DNA of 64,000 nt from Felis catus (taxonomy: Eukaryota): the NCBI RefSeq assembly GCF_018350175.1, contig NC_058377.1, positions 101,122,001-101,186,000 of the forward strand. Direction: 5' to 3'. Each line of letters opens with the position of its first letter. Position 1 is the first letter of the stretch. The position numbers and the translations under genes are program-made. Shown piece by piece: positions 11,961 through 24,347 of this stretch. The notes under the pieces are model-generated. The model did no database searches. It worked only from the letters and a program-made list of their open reading frames with translations, and was not told the DNA's origin.

Positions 11961-12552
11961 TGAAAGTAATTCTTAATATCATGTTACATCACTTCATTCA
12001 AATTTGTTTCTGACATCATCATAGAAATACACTACACCACCTCTAAAATACTCCCAATCTCCCCTGCAACGTCCCACTTTACCTTCTTTGTTTCTATCCT
12101 TGGTGTTTATAGTCCTCGGCATTGTTTTTCTATTTCTTCCCAACTTAGTAAGCCCTCAAAACTATTTTTGAACAGGTAAATATATGAATGATCGTCAGGT
12201 CATTTTACCACCACAGAGTTCATTTGTTCATCTTTAAAGGAAGAAATTGTTCACTAGATCTATTGTTTCCAGTCCAGCTGCTCATTGGGAATATCTGGAG
12301 AATTGATGAAAAATAAGATTCTTGATAAGCCTTCTTTGCCTATCAATGTTAAATGTCTGTATTTAGATTCTAGGCATGTGTGTGTGTGTGTGTATGTGTG
12401 TGTGTGTATAGATATAGATATATAGATATTACCATGTCATCCAAATATGCTATAGATTAGTATTCAGGAATCACAATATCACATGATTTCTGGAGTCTTA
12501 CTGAGCTGTAAGTGTCTACGTCTTGAGTTCCACATGCTTATGGCATTTTGTA

Positions 12553-12771
12553 TTTTTTTTTTAAATTTTTTTTTCAACGTTTATTTATTTTTGGGACAGA
12601 GAGAGACAGAGCATGAACGGGGGAGGGGCAGAGAGAGAGGGAGACACAGAATTGGAAACAGGCTCCAGAGCCATCAGCCCAGAGCCTGACGCGGGGCTCG
12701 AACTCACGGACCGTGAGATCGTGACCTGGCTGAAGTCGGACGCTTAACCGACTGCGCCACCCAGGCACCCC
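12553..12771 (-). mobile_element. Young felid CanSINE
   Basis: TSD ggcattttgtattttt. Confidence 0.95.
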
Positions 12772-13149
12772 GGCATTTTGTATTTTTCTCATCTCTTGAA
12801 TAATAACCATTTCAATGAGTTCAAATCTTTTCCTTTTCGCTTTACACATAGCACTTGATGATGTGAACAGAGTAGAACCATCATGAATGCAAGAACTCTG
12901 AATGACTGTAAGTCCATGCACTGTATCTTGCAAGAAATATAGTGTAATTTTACATTTTATAGTTTCCCATATAAACTAATTTGTCATGATATAAACAAGT
13001 GACGCTGCCGAGATGAGGAGACTGAACCTCAGAGAGGCTAAGTACTAACCCAGTATCAGAGATATTATATAAGAGCATGTCTAGTGCCTTAAGAGTTCTC
13101 ATCTAGTATTAAAACACGTATTTATGTGTGTGATTTTTACATAGATATA

Positions 13150-13995
13150 CTTACTCCTTTATTAAGGTATAAGGGACATGTAAAATACTGTACCTATTTA
13201 GTGGACACTACTCAAAGAGTTTGGGGATAAGTATACATACCTGTGAAAACATCTCCACTATCAAAGCCATACACATATCCTCACATCTCCAGGTTTCCTC
13301 TGCCCTCTTTGTTACTGTCACCTTGTAGGGAAAACATTAGTATAAGATTTCCCCTCTTGGCAAATTTTAAGTATACAATGCAATCCTGCTAATTATAGGC
13401 ACTATGCCAGAACTTATCTCACTTGAGTAATTGAAACACCGTATATTTTGAGTATTACCCCTCCATTTCCCCCATCTTTTAACCCCTGGAAACCACCATT
13501 AGATTCTCCGTGTCTATGTGTTTCACTATTTTATTTATTTATTTTTTAAAAATTTTAAGTGTTTATTTGGTTTTGAATGAGAGAGAATACAAGCAGGGGA
13601 GGGGCAGAGAGAGAGAGGGAGACACAGAATCTGAAGCAGGGTCCTGGTTCTGAGCCGTCAGCACACAGTCCCATGAGGGGCCCGAACCCATGAACTGTGA
13701 GATCATGACCTGAGTAGAAGTGAAGTCGGCCACTTAACTGACTGAACCACCCAGGCGCCCCTGAGTGTCACTATTTTAGGTGACTCACAAAAGTGAGATC
13801 ATACACTATTTGTCTTTCTGTGTCTGACTTATTGAAACTTATTGAGTTAGCAAACATCCTTAACACTTACTGGATTAGCAAACATCCTTAGGGTCCATTT
13901 GTGTTGTTGCAAATCTCAGGGTTCCCTTCATTACTAAGGTTGAATAATGTTCTGTTGTACGTATAAACCACATTTTCTTTATCCATCTATCCATA
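13150..13995 (-). mobile_element. Old L1 3' end (interrupted by SINE)
   Basis: gtgagatcatacactatttgtctttctgtgtctgactt and ccacattttctttatccat L1 3' motifs on the minus strand. Confidence 0.75.
13528..13761 (-). mobile_element. CanSINE inserted in L1
   Basis: Reverse head ccaggcgcccc; flanking tcactatttta repeats. Confidence 0.9.
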
Positions 13996-14009
13996 GAAAG
14001 GTATTTTTA

Positions 14010-14765
14010 ATATCCACACCACCCAAAGCAATCCAAAGATTCAATGCAATACTTACCAAATATCAATGGCGGTTTTTATAGAAACAAAAATGGTGGTTTT
14101 TATAGAAAAAAATTCTAAAATTCATGAGGTAGCAGAAAAGACCTCGAATATGCAAAGAAATTCTAAGTAAGAGTAACAAAGATGGAGTACCACCCTTACT
14201 TATTTCAAAATATATTACAAAGCTAAAGTAACCGAACTATATGGTATTGGTATAAAAACAGACATATAAGGCAATGTAGCAGATTAAACAACCCAGAAAT
14301 AAACCCACACACATATAGTTGATTGCTCTTCAACAAGAGTGTCAATACTATACAATGGGAAACAAATAGTTACTTCAAGAACCTATGTTGGGAAAACTGG
14401 ATATCCACATCCAAGATAATAAAATCCAACCCTTATCTTACACGAGGCACAAGAGTAAAACTCTTAAAAGAAGACATAACGGTGAAACTTTATGATATTG
14501 GACTTGGTAATGATTTCATGGATATGACACCACAAACACAGACAACAAAAGCCAAATTAGGTAAGTGGGAATACATCAAATTAAAAATCTTCTGCACCAT
14601 AAAGAAAACAATCAACAGAAAGAAAAGGCAGTTTACAGAATGGGAGAAAATACTTGTACATCACTTGAACAGTCATTCCCCAAGAAAGGCATACAAATGG
14701 CCAACTGGCCAACACGGAAAAATACCGAACATCACTAATCATGAGATAAATACAAAACTAAAGCG
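14010..14765 (+). mobile_element. L1 ORF2 fragment
   Basis: ORF 14323-14811 (LFNK..TIQW..CWENW..PYLT..LG.DFMDMTP..WEYIKLK.FCT..TEWEKI) is L1 ORF2 C-terminal sequence. Confidence 0.85.
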
Positions 14766-14785
14766 TTGTTATGAATTAGAAGCTA

Positions 14786-15170
14786 GGGCACCTGGGTGCT
14801 GCCATCGGTAAGGGTCTGACTCTTGGTTTCGGCTCAAGTCATGAACTAGCAGTTTGCGAGATGAGCCCGTGTAGGGCTCTATGCTGACTGCGTGGAGCCT
14901 GCTTGGGAGTCTCTGTCTTCTTCTCTCTCTCTGCCCCTCTTCTGCTCGTGCTCTCTCACCCCCTCTCTTCAAAATAAATAAGTAAATAAACTTAAAAAAA
15001 AATTAGGGGCACCTGGGTGGCTCAGTCTCTTAAGTGTCCAACTTCAGCTCAGGTCATGTTCTCACGGTCTGTGAGTTCGAGCCGAACATCAGGCTCTGTG
15101 CTGACGGCTGAGAGCCTGGAGCCTGCTTCAGATTCTGTGTCTCCCTCTCTCTCTGGCCCTGCCCTGCTTG

Positions 15171-15202
<32 letters not shown>

Positions 15203-15240
15203 AATAAATACACATTTTAAATAAATAAATAAATAAATAA
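14786..15240 (+). mobile_element. Two tandem CanSINEs (14786-15003; 15006-15240)
   Basis: Two heads, two CT tracts, two A tails. Confidence 0.9.
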
Positions 15241-15350
15241 ACCCTGGAAAAATTCTATAAATTCAGTAAGTATTAACATGTAGTAAATTATTCCAGAACC
15301 ACTTTCCTTTTATAGTGAGTAAATCACCATGAGAATTTTACACGAGAAGA

Positions 15351-15477
15351 TAATTGGAGTATATTCCTCTTGGGGCATATCCTGTGGTTTCATCAACAAT
15401 TAAGGGGATATAAGCAATATAAATTAATCATATTCGTGATGTATCTACCGCTGCCTTGGCTGTTCTACAGGTAAGAG
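15351..15477 (+). promoter_or_regulatory. Putative OR5T2 promoter / non-coding first exon (HD + O/E site, splice donor)
   Basis: taattggagtatattcctcttggggcat (15351-15378) and ttctacag|gtaagag (GT at 15471); paralogous to 6177-6290. Confidence 0.6.
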
Positions 15478-16648
15478 AACATTCCAGATCACTTGTAGAA
15501 TATTTTAGGAGGTGAAATCTAAAATATCAGGGTCAAACCTGTTATGAGATCCCCAATACTAAGCCCTTCAGTTTTTGCCTATTGCACAGGTGAATAAATA
15601 CAACAAAGAAAATAGAAACTAATGAATTTATGTTTGTAGAGTTAAATAAAAGTGCCCCAAATTGAGTACTCTTTCATTTTCCTGATGGAAGACAGAGAAG
15701 TTTCAAGCAAAAACAGGAAAATGTGTCACTGGAGGGCAAGAAAACACTTGACCTATTCACCACTCTGGGAGCTTATATTTTGCTATGATGAGGAAAACAA
15801 TCAAGTGTCTTTTTATTTTGTTAGCTTTGTGCGGTCAAAGCCACTTCAGATTATTGCTATTTCATATTGTTTCTCCAGTCTTGATGTTTAAAAATTATCT
15901 CAATATTTACCAAGAATCGCGTTTCATTCTACCAGAGGCGGCACGGGAGGAAGTCGGTTAGAGAACTAAGCCATGATATTCCAGGAGGTAGTATGAAATG
16001 GTGCAAAACACATGCACTCTGGGTGAGACACTGGAGTGAATCTGGGCCCTGAGACTTATTATCTGTGAGAGTTGCTACAAGACCGAAATAAAGTAACACA
16101 CATAAAAGTCTGTTCCTTCTACGTGTGCTCAGTACACGGATATTACTTTTCTCCTCTTTTGCAAACTGTCTCAATGTCGAGCCCAACATATTTGGAAGTG
16201 TCTGCCTTCTATTCAAGTTGTCTTTTTAAAGGTGGCTTTAGCTTAATTTTAGCACTTGTCACTGTATTCAATTCTTCCAGAATCACATTTTCTCTCTATA
16301 ACTCGGAGTCCTTTCAGTATTTTAATACTGACATACTTACATCCAATATGAGTTTTATCTGGACATCTAGCAGAAATTCCTGTTTCAAGAGAAATTTGCC
16401 TAAAATTCTTAACCTGATAGTCTTTCCTTGCCTTATTTACCCCAGTAAATTTAAGCCCACTGTAAAGTTGCCCACTGAATAGTAGCCAATGGAATTATGG
16501 GGATCTGTGTGTATTTTTGGTATCAGCAGATTATAACATTCACAAAGCTTCTTTACTCTCTAAAGAATAATCCAGAGACTTAAAGAATAAGAAGAAAATA
16601 ACATAATTAAAATAGAAGTCATTGGATTTAATCCCGAGAAGATAATGT

Positions 16649-16717
16649 GTTTTTTTAAATATGAAATTTACTGTCAAATTGGTTTCCATACAACACCCAG
16701 TGCTCATCCCAACGACA
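16649..16717 (-). mobile_element. Extremely truncated L1 3' tip
   Basis: atatgaaatttactgtcaaattggtttccatacaacacccagtgctcatcccaac matches the L1 end at ~46850; flanked by the repeat gataatgt. Confidence 0.75.
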
Positions 16718-16755
16718 GGATAATGTTTTAACGTGTATTAACAATCACTAAAACA

Positions 16756-16958
16756 GGGGCGCCTGAGTGGCTCAGTCTATTACGCATCTGACTTCTGCTC
16801 AGGTCATGATCTCAGGGCTGGTGAAAACCACCCCCAGGTGCGCTCTGTGCTGACAGCTCAGAGCCTGAAGCTTGCTTCAAATTCTGTTTCCATCACTCTC
16901 CGCCTCTCCCCCACTCACACACTGTCTCTTTTTCTCAAAATATAAACATTTAAAAAAC
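16756..16958 (+). mobile_element. CanSINE
   Basis: Head ggggcgcctgagtggctcagt. Confidence 0.9.
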
Positions 16959-17234
16959 ATCGCTAAACAATATATCACATGTAGCTAAAGAATGAACCAT
17001 CTGGCTCAGGGCTCTGGAAATGTATACTTTTCAATGATTACTTAAAATGTTAATTTTGTGCCTCAATATTTGCTACTGTTTTAAGAAGTAACTATATCTG
17101 ATTACAAACATTCAGTCATATGGCCATCCTAAATTTGCTTTACGTATTTATTACTTTACACATTTAATTCGTCAGCCTGGCTGTATTTTTTATATTATCT
17201 TGTCTACTGCACTATTCAAATACATTAATTACTC

Positions 17235-17464
17235 TTTTTTTAATTTTTTAATGTTTGTTTATCTTTGACAAAGAGAGAGAGAGAGAGAGAGAGCGCGCGC
17301 GCGCACGAGTGGGGGAGGGGCAGAGAGGGAGACAGCATCTGAAACAGGCTGCAGGCTCCAAGCTGCCAGCACAGAACCTGCCACGGGGCTTGAACTCATG
17401 GACAGTGAGATCATGACCTGAGCTAAAGTCAGACACTCAACCGACTGAGCCACCCAGGCGCCCC
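17235..17464 (-). mobile_element. CanSINE
   Basis: Reverse head cacccaggcgcccc. Confidence 0.9.
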
Positions 17465-17549
17465 AAACACATTTCTATTTTTAAGAACAGTAAACTGTGG
17501 ATAGAAAGCCTAACATCATACATGGCTTTTAATCATGAACCTGGCTGAA

Positions 17550-17742
17550 GATGCCTGGGTGGCTCAGACAGTTAAGTATCCAAATTTGGCTCAGGTCGTA
17601 TCTCACTTTTCCTGAGTTCTAGCCCTGCACCAGGCTCCCTGCTGTCAGCATGGAGACTGCCTCAGATAGATTCTGTCTCTCTCTGCCCCTACCCTGCTTG
17701 TGCTCTCTCTCTCTCAAGAATAAAATAAACAGTAAAAAAAAA
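17550..17742 (+). mobile_element. CanSINE
   Basis: TSD aatc(a/g)tgaacctggctga. Confidence 0.9.
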
Positions 17743-18937
17743 ATCGTGAACCTGGCTGATGAACACATGCTTTCAGATTCTAAATGCTGTGTTGCGTTGA
17801 ACAGGGTATATCATTGAACCGATGGTGAAATGGTATTGGAGCTGATATTTTTCTTGTGACTCCCAGTCATAGATTTCATCATACCCGTCAAAGTTTGCAC
17901 TGCATTTCTTTTGTTGTGTGTCTACCTCATGTACATAAACTTTTTTACCCCTTGTCTAAATAAACACTTGTCTCAGCCTCTATATCAGTTAATATTCATG
18001 TCACACAGTTCCCTATGGCTTTTTCAAATAGGAAAACAATATACAAAGTTTTTCCTCAATCAAGTTATTAAGCCATTTTAATTAAATTATACATTTAACA
18101 GCATTTTATAATATTAGAACCACTCAAAAATAGTCAGTTAATTAGACTATAAAGCTTGTGGGTTCTAATTTGTTTTGTTATAGTTTTTATTTCTAATACA
18201 TAAATTGCAACCTAAAATCTGCCTTCTTGATATTTTATATGAATATTTTTTTGGTTTTCATTGCCTTCAATCCCTCCAATAAATCTATGGAAATGTTTTC
18301 TGCTGATATTGACAATTTCTAGGCAATCTTGATTTTGTTTTTTCAGAAAGTTTTTGGGATGTACCTCCTTCTGCTTCCAACATTATTTCTAATCCAAACA
18401 GCTCTTTCTCTTACTGATGGGATCCATGTTAATGTATTGAAACAAGGGCTTGACTTGTTCCAATACATTAACATTATGAATTTACGTAGAGCACACATTT
18501 TTATTAGCAGCAGATAATGTGCTCTGAAGACTGACTTCAATTTCATATGAGTGGGTATTAAAAAACAAGAAAGAAAGAAAGGCAATGGAAGGAAGGGAGG
18601 AAAGAAGGAAGGAAGGAAGAAAACAAAGAAAAAAAAAGAACTAAAAAATTACTTCAGTAAAACTTGTCTTCAAACTTGTGCTATATAATTGGCTAATAAT
18701 TGAAACTCTGGATTCAGGTACGGGTTTGACTCCCAATTTTGTAACACTTGATCCACCGTCTTATCATTGTCTTCTGATCTGCAGCTGAGAACATTTACAG
18801 GGCCAAAACATAAATATGAGGGTATGCCTCATGTGCCTTTGAGTTAAAATAGTGAGTCACAATAATATGTGTTCTTTTTCTAGTGAATAAATTATTATTT
18901 TATGGATATCTTCAAGTTTGTTCCATGAAGTATCGAC

Positions 18938-19858
18938 ATGAAGAATGTCACTGAAGTCACCACATTTGTACTGAAGGGCTTCACAAACAACCTTGAACTA
19001 CAGATCATCTTATTCTTCCTGTTTCTAACAATCTACCTCTTTACTCTGATGGGCAACTTAGGACTGGTTGTATTGGTCTTTGGGGATTCCCGGCTCCACA
19101 ACCCCATGTACTATTTTCTAAGTGTGTTATCATCTGTGGATGCCTGCTATTCCTCAGTAATTACCCCAAATATGTTAGTAGATTTCATGTCAAAGAATAA
19201 AGTCATTTCATTCCTTGGATGTGCAACACAGATGTTTCTGGCTGTTACCTTTGGGACCACAGAATGCTTTCTCTTGGCTGCAATGGCATATGACCGCTAT
19301 GTCGCCATCTACAACCCCCTCCTGTACTCAGTGAGCATGTCACCCAGAGTCTATGTACCACTCATCGCTGCTTCCTTTGTTGGTGGCATTTTGCATGCTT
19401 GTGTACACACCATGGCCACATTCAGCCTGTCCTTCTGCGCATCCAACGAAATTAGACATGTCTTTTGTGACATCCCTCCTCTCCTCGCCATTTCTTGTTC
19501 TGACACTCACACAAACCAGCTTCTACTCTTCTACTTTGCAGGGTCTATTGAGATATTTACTCTATTGATAGTCCTGACCTCCTATGGTTTTATTATGTTC
19601 ATAATTCTAAGGATGCATTCTGCTGAAGGAAGACGAAAAATCTTTTCTACATGTGGTTCTCACCTAACTGGAGTGTCAGTTTTTCACGGTACAGTTCTCT
19701 TCATGTACGTGAAACCTAATTCCAGCTATGATTTGGATCATGACATGATAGTGTCAGTATTTTACAGCATTGTGATTCCCATGGTGAATCCCATGATCTA
19801 TAGCTGGAGGAACAAAGATGTAAAAGACGCAATGCAGAAAGTGTTTAAGAAAAATTGA
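18938..19858 (+). CDS. OR5T2: Olfactory receptor, OR5T subfamily (OR5T2-like)
   Basis: 306-aa 7TM ORF starting [20 protein letters not shown], with [31 protein letters not shown] and FSTCGSH. Atypical [12 protein letters not shown]. Acceptor ttctttttctag ends at 18883. Confidence 0.93.
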   Translation: MKNVTEVTTFVLKGFTNNLELQIILFFLFLTIYLFTLMGNLGLVVLVFGDSRLHNPMYYFLSVLSSVDACYSSVITPNMLVDFMSKNKVISFLGCATQMFLAVTFGTTECFLLAAMAYDRYVAIYNPLLYSVSMSPRVYVPLIAASFVGGILHACVHTMATFSLSFCASNEIRHVFCDIPPLLAISCSDTHTNQLLLFYFAGSIEIFTLLIVLTSYGFIMFIILRMHSAEGRRKIFSTCGSHLTGVSVFHGTVLFMYVKPNSSYDLDHDMIVSVFYSIVIPMVNPMIYSWRNKDVKDAMQKVFKKN

Positions 19859-20068
19859 TTTATCAGTGATGTATATTAATTTATATTTTTACAGTAAAAT
19901 TAAATTAAAAGTGAGAGTGATGTTCTGCATTTAAATATGGAGGAGATATGATGAAAATGTTTTCAGTTTATTAATGTGTTTTGTTTCTCTGGATATTTTC
20001 AAATAAAGATCATAGTAAAAACTACTCACACTGTTTTCATATGGAGAATATATGTGTCAGCCATTTCC

Positions 20069-20315
20069 TTTAAAAAATTTTTTTAATGTTTATTTAGTTA
20101 TGAGACAGAAAGAGACAAAGGGAGAGACAGAGCATGAGCGAGGGGAGGGCAGAGAGAGAGGGAGACACAGAATCTGAAGCAGGTTCCAGGCTCTGAGCTG
20201 TCAGCACAGGGCCCGACACGGGGCTCGAACTCACGAACTGTGACCTCATGACCTGAGCCGAAGTAGGCCGCTCAACCACCCAGGCGCCCCCCAAACTGAG
20301 CCACCCAGGTGCCCC
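20069..20315 (-). mobile_element. CanSINE with duplicated head
   Basis: ccacccaggcgcccc followed by ccacccaggtgcccc. Confidence 0.9.
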
Positions 20316-20892
20316 TATTTGCTTTTCAATATGTTCCTGCTCTTATATGTATGCACACACACATATATACCCACACATATTTATATGTAGAAGCTATACT
20401 GACAGATACAACACTAATGCACACATAGGCATATATGTATGTAACCTTTACCTTAGAATGCGGTATATTGTTTTCTTTCATCTCCATATTACTTGAATGT
20501 ATAGACTACAATTTTTGCAATTATAAATAACATCACAATCGTATCTGACTAGCTTGGTCAGCTTCCACCTAATTGGTAGCAAACCACATCTCACATAATC
20601 CTAATCGACTTTCCACAGACTCATTGGTTCAGACTCTAGTTCAAAGCACTCTGCTCCGTTCTTACATTTATGCATTGACAGCAATCTAATCCCAGTTTAT
20701 GGATCAGGGAACACAGATAATATGTTCAACTCCCTGGAGTTGCTAACACTCTGTTTGTGAGGATGCATTTCTCCCCTTCTTGTTACTTTGTCCAGAGCAT
20801 GGGTATTCAACCAGCTTTAATTTCTCATAGAAAACAAGGTCTAGGCATTAGCATTTGTCAAGATCATACTTATATTCAAGAGTGACAAAAAA

Positions 20893-21089
20893 GGGTTCGT
20901 GGGTATGAGAGTTGACTAAATGTCCAACTCTTGATTTCAGCTCAGGTCATGATCTCATGGTCCTGAGATTGAGCCCTGTGTTGGGCTTTGCTTGGGCATG
21001 GAAACTACTTGGGATTCTCTCTCCCCCTCTCTCTCTGTTCCTCCCCAGCTTGTGCTCTCTCTCTGTCTGTCTCAAAATAAGTAAATAAA
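20893..21089 (+). mobile_element. Older CanSINE followed by (CTAT)n
   Basis: actcttgatttcagctcaggtcatgatctc. Confidence 0.85.
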
Positions 21090-22087
21090 CTATATCTATC
21101 TATCTATCTATCTATCTATCATCTAATTTCCTCTTATGGTCCACAATTTATTTAAATAATTGTAGAGTCTAGAATGTGCCACCCCTTTGTTAGATGTTAG
21201 GAGCACCAAGATGAAGAAGAAACAGTGTGTCCTACCCTAACGTAGTGAATATTCTAGAGAATGCGATGCCCGTTGTCACCGTTTCTTTATCAAAGTCAAA
21301 TCACATTAAAGACACTTGACAGAGCTAAAAGCAAACCCTTATATTTGGTTTCAGAATTCTAAGATGAATATTATATTCACTCATGTACTGAATCTTCACT
21401 CATTCCATCAGTCAGTAAATCAGTGAATAACTTTTCAACACCTACTCTTTCCTGGGTGTGATTTTAGAAGCAATTAATACAAAGGCAAACTATTTAGACA
21501 GACCCTTTTCACTTATAAAGCTTACAGACTAGAAAATCCCACACACAGTAAAATAAAATGTCATCGCTATTTAATTACAATATTTATACATGTGTAAGGA
21601 AAGATTGCAAGATTATAAGAAAAATGCAATTTTCATCATATAATTTTAATTAAAAACCAACAATAGGACCAGGCATATTATGGGTGCGTTATAAATTTCA
21701 ATAAAACAATTGATAATTAGTCTTCTTAGGATGATGCACATTTTGAATGCATGATGTATTACATCTGATTTTCACGGCAAATACATCAAGGCTTGTTCCC
21801 AACACCAGAATGGAGGCTTTGCAGTCAGTTCTTTTCCCAATATGCACAGTAAAATGGAACATTGGGCCAGAATCCTGTGCTTTCTAACTGTTGGATTTAC
21901 TCCACCCCAGGACCAGCAGCCACACTGCCCAACCAATACAGGGGAAGAGTCAAAACAAACACACACACAAAGGGTGGAATCATTGCACGTGATGGTTACT
22001 CAGTATGATCACCTACCTGTGTCCCTAGGCTAACCCCACATCTTCACTCTGGGTGCAACTGTTGTGTGGAAATGAGTGTTTGGTCTT

Positions 22088-22632
22088 TCTTTCCCTGGGG
22101 AATCAGAACTTTCCCTGGGAATTCCTGGGTGCATGTGTGGGGACTGGAGCCATAAACCAGCTTAGTTCAGTGTGCGGCTCTACAAGGACTTCAGACACTT
22201 GTAACACTCTTCAAAAGACCTCCTGCGGAACCTTAGAAGTGGGTCTCAGCAGACCTCTGTGCACAGGTAGGTCCAACCCAACGATTTACGAAGCGCTCAT
22301 TCTGGGTGTGACGACCGAAGTACTCGGGGAGGTTTGCCAATTCAAATCAGACTCAGGACTGAAATATCTGCTCTATTCTCTTCTCCTGAGGACTCAAATC
22401 TCTGCCCCCGGATGGCCAGGTGGAAGGGACAGGGAAACGACTCAAACAATGGTCTCCAGAATCTCTATTGATAAATTGGACCGTGTGAGCATTTCTACAG
22501 AATAACCAATAGTCATTACGAGGAGTCTTTCACCTTAGGGTAAAGAGTAATGCTTTCTGCCTTAGAGCTGGCAGAATCGAAGGCACTCCACACCACACAG
22601 GCAGCATGTGAAGTGTCTTTGAAAGGTAAGAT
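22088..22632 (+). promoter_or_regulatory. Putative OR8J promoter / 5' non-coding exon region with clustered O/E (EBF) sites
   Basis: TCCCTGGGGA at 22092-22101 followed by ttccctgggaa and ttcctgggt. Relatively GC-rich unique sequence. Donor candidates cag|gtaggt (22267) and aag|gtaaga (22626), about 4 kb upstream of the CDS. Confidence 0.45.
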
Positions 22633-23005
22633 TTCTTCCCTAGGAAATACCTACTAACTTGTTTAACATCAACAAAAATAAGTTACTCTCCTTTCTGATT
22701 TTCATTTTGCCCAGGGTGACAAACCATTTGTTGGAAAGATTCCCTGATGTCAACAGGCAGGTTTATGTTGCTGGTGGGCCCTGATAGCTCATATCGCGAT
22801 GCAGTTTGTTCCCAACACAACTCAAGTTTAAATAAGTTTAAGACAAATTGTATAGCTAGAGACCAATACTGAAATCATTTCAGAAGCAGTTAAACAACTG
22901 TCGCAGTATTATTTCTTGGCCAAACTGTAATATAAATGACTAGTATTAGGTACATATTTAAAGTTCCTTCACTGACGTGTTATTATTTGTTAGGCCTATA
23001 AAATA

Positions 23006-23797
23006 CAGTAAAACCTTTGATGGTGCGTAGCTTGTCCTGCGAGTGTTCTGCAAGTCAAACAAACATTTCTAATAAATTTACCTTGATAAACAATCAATGT
23101 CTTGCAATATGAGTAGTATGTAATGCCAAACATCACATGATCACAACTGAGCCAAGGGTTCTTCTCTCTTCTCCCTCTCTCTCTCTTTCTCTGTCTCTCT
23201 CTCTCTTGCTGCGGGATTGTGGGTGATCATCTCTCAAGCTCGGAAGCTTGGTCTCAGGCCACAGTGTTTGGCAGAAATCAAGGAATTTTCAGAATGTTGG
23301 AAGGTGCCTACAACTGGCACTGGTGCATTTTTTTGTCACTTTAACGTATCTATGGAAAGTCTTATGCTTTTCCATTCAAGAGTAAGCTTAGGAATCCTTT
23401 GCTTCATTCTAGGCCATTGGATAAGTTCTTTGTTGAAACTGCATGAAAAGAAAAAGATTCCATTGAGTTAAGAGATAGAAGTGATTCCATTAGTGATAGT
23501 GAAAGTGGTTCTACACAACAACCCTCCTCTCTCTTGTCTCCCTCACACCAACCACGAAGGTTTACAAAGGTAAGTGCAGGTGAATTTGTTTATTTGTCTT
23601 TATAATTTGTCTTTTATTTATTTTTTTGTATTATATTACAGTATTGTGATCATTTTCATATGAATGTTTTTGGGTTGTGGAACAAACCACCTGAGTTTCC
23701 ATTACTTCTTATGGAGAAATTCGCTTTGATATACAAGTGCTTTGGATTACAAGCATGTTTTCAGAACGAATTATGCTCTCAAACCAAGGTTTTACTG
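23006..23797. mobile_element. Non-autonomous Tc1/mariner (Tigger/pogo-like) element
   Basis: TIRs CAGTAAAACCTT / AAGGTTTTACTG with TA on both sides; no transposase ORF. Confidence 0.8.
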
Positions 23798-24347
23798 TAT
23801 TTCTTTTCAAAAACAAATTTGAAAAAATATGTGTAAAAAACTAATGTAACTAATCAGAAACAATTTTGTCAGAAGGCTTCTGAAGAAACAGGAGAAAGAT
23901 ACTTTATTTCAGTGACTTATATCTCTAGAAACAAACAAACAAACAAACAAACAAAAACCTAGCTTTGCCATTAGTAATATTTCACTAGAAAAGGAAAATA
24001 ATAGTTAGTGATACATGCAAATATATATATTTTAAAAGTTAATTGCATGACTTCATAGTAGACAATGTATAATTACTGTTGTTAGTGCTTTTTCTTTTGC
24101 CTTTGTGAAATTAAGTATACGTTTTTTAATATATTATTTCTCAAAGTGAAACATGCACTGAGCTGCAAACAAATAAGAAATGTTTTGTATAAAGTGAATG
24201 TCACCACTCGGCTTTCAACCGTAAACTTGCCTGTGCATTTGTTTTCGTATGCAATGGTAGGGGAAAAATGATATGGGGTATCTAGTGCAACCCAATTGTT
24301 CCTATATGCTCATCAGACATATATTTGATTTATGGAATACAATACAT

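Noticed and set aside
22053-22505. 150-aa ORF
   Set aside because: Non-ATG start and no recognisable domain; better explained as OR promoter/UTR sequence.
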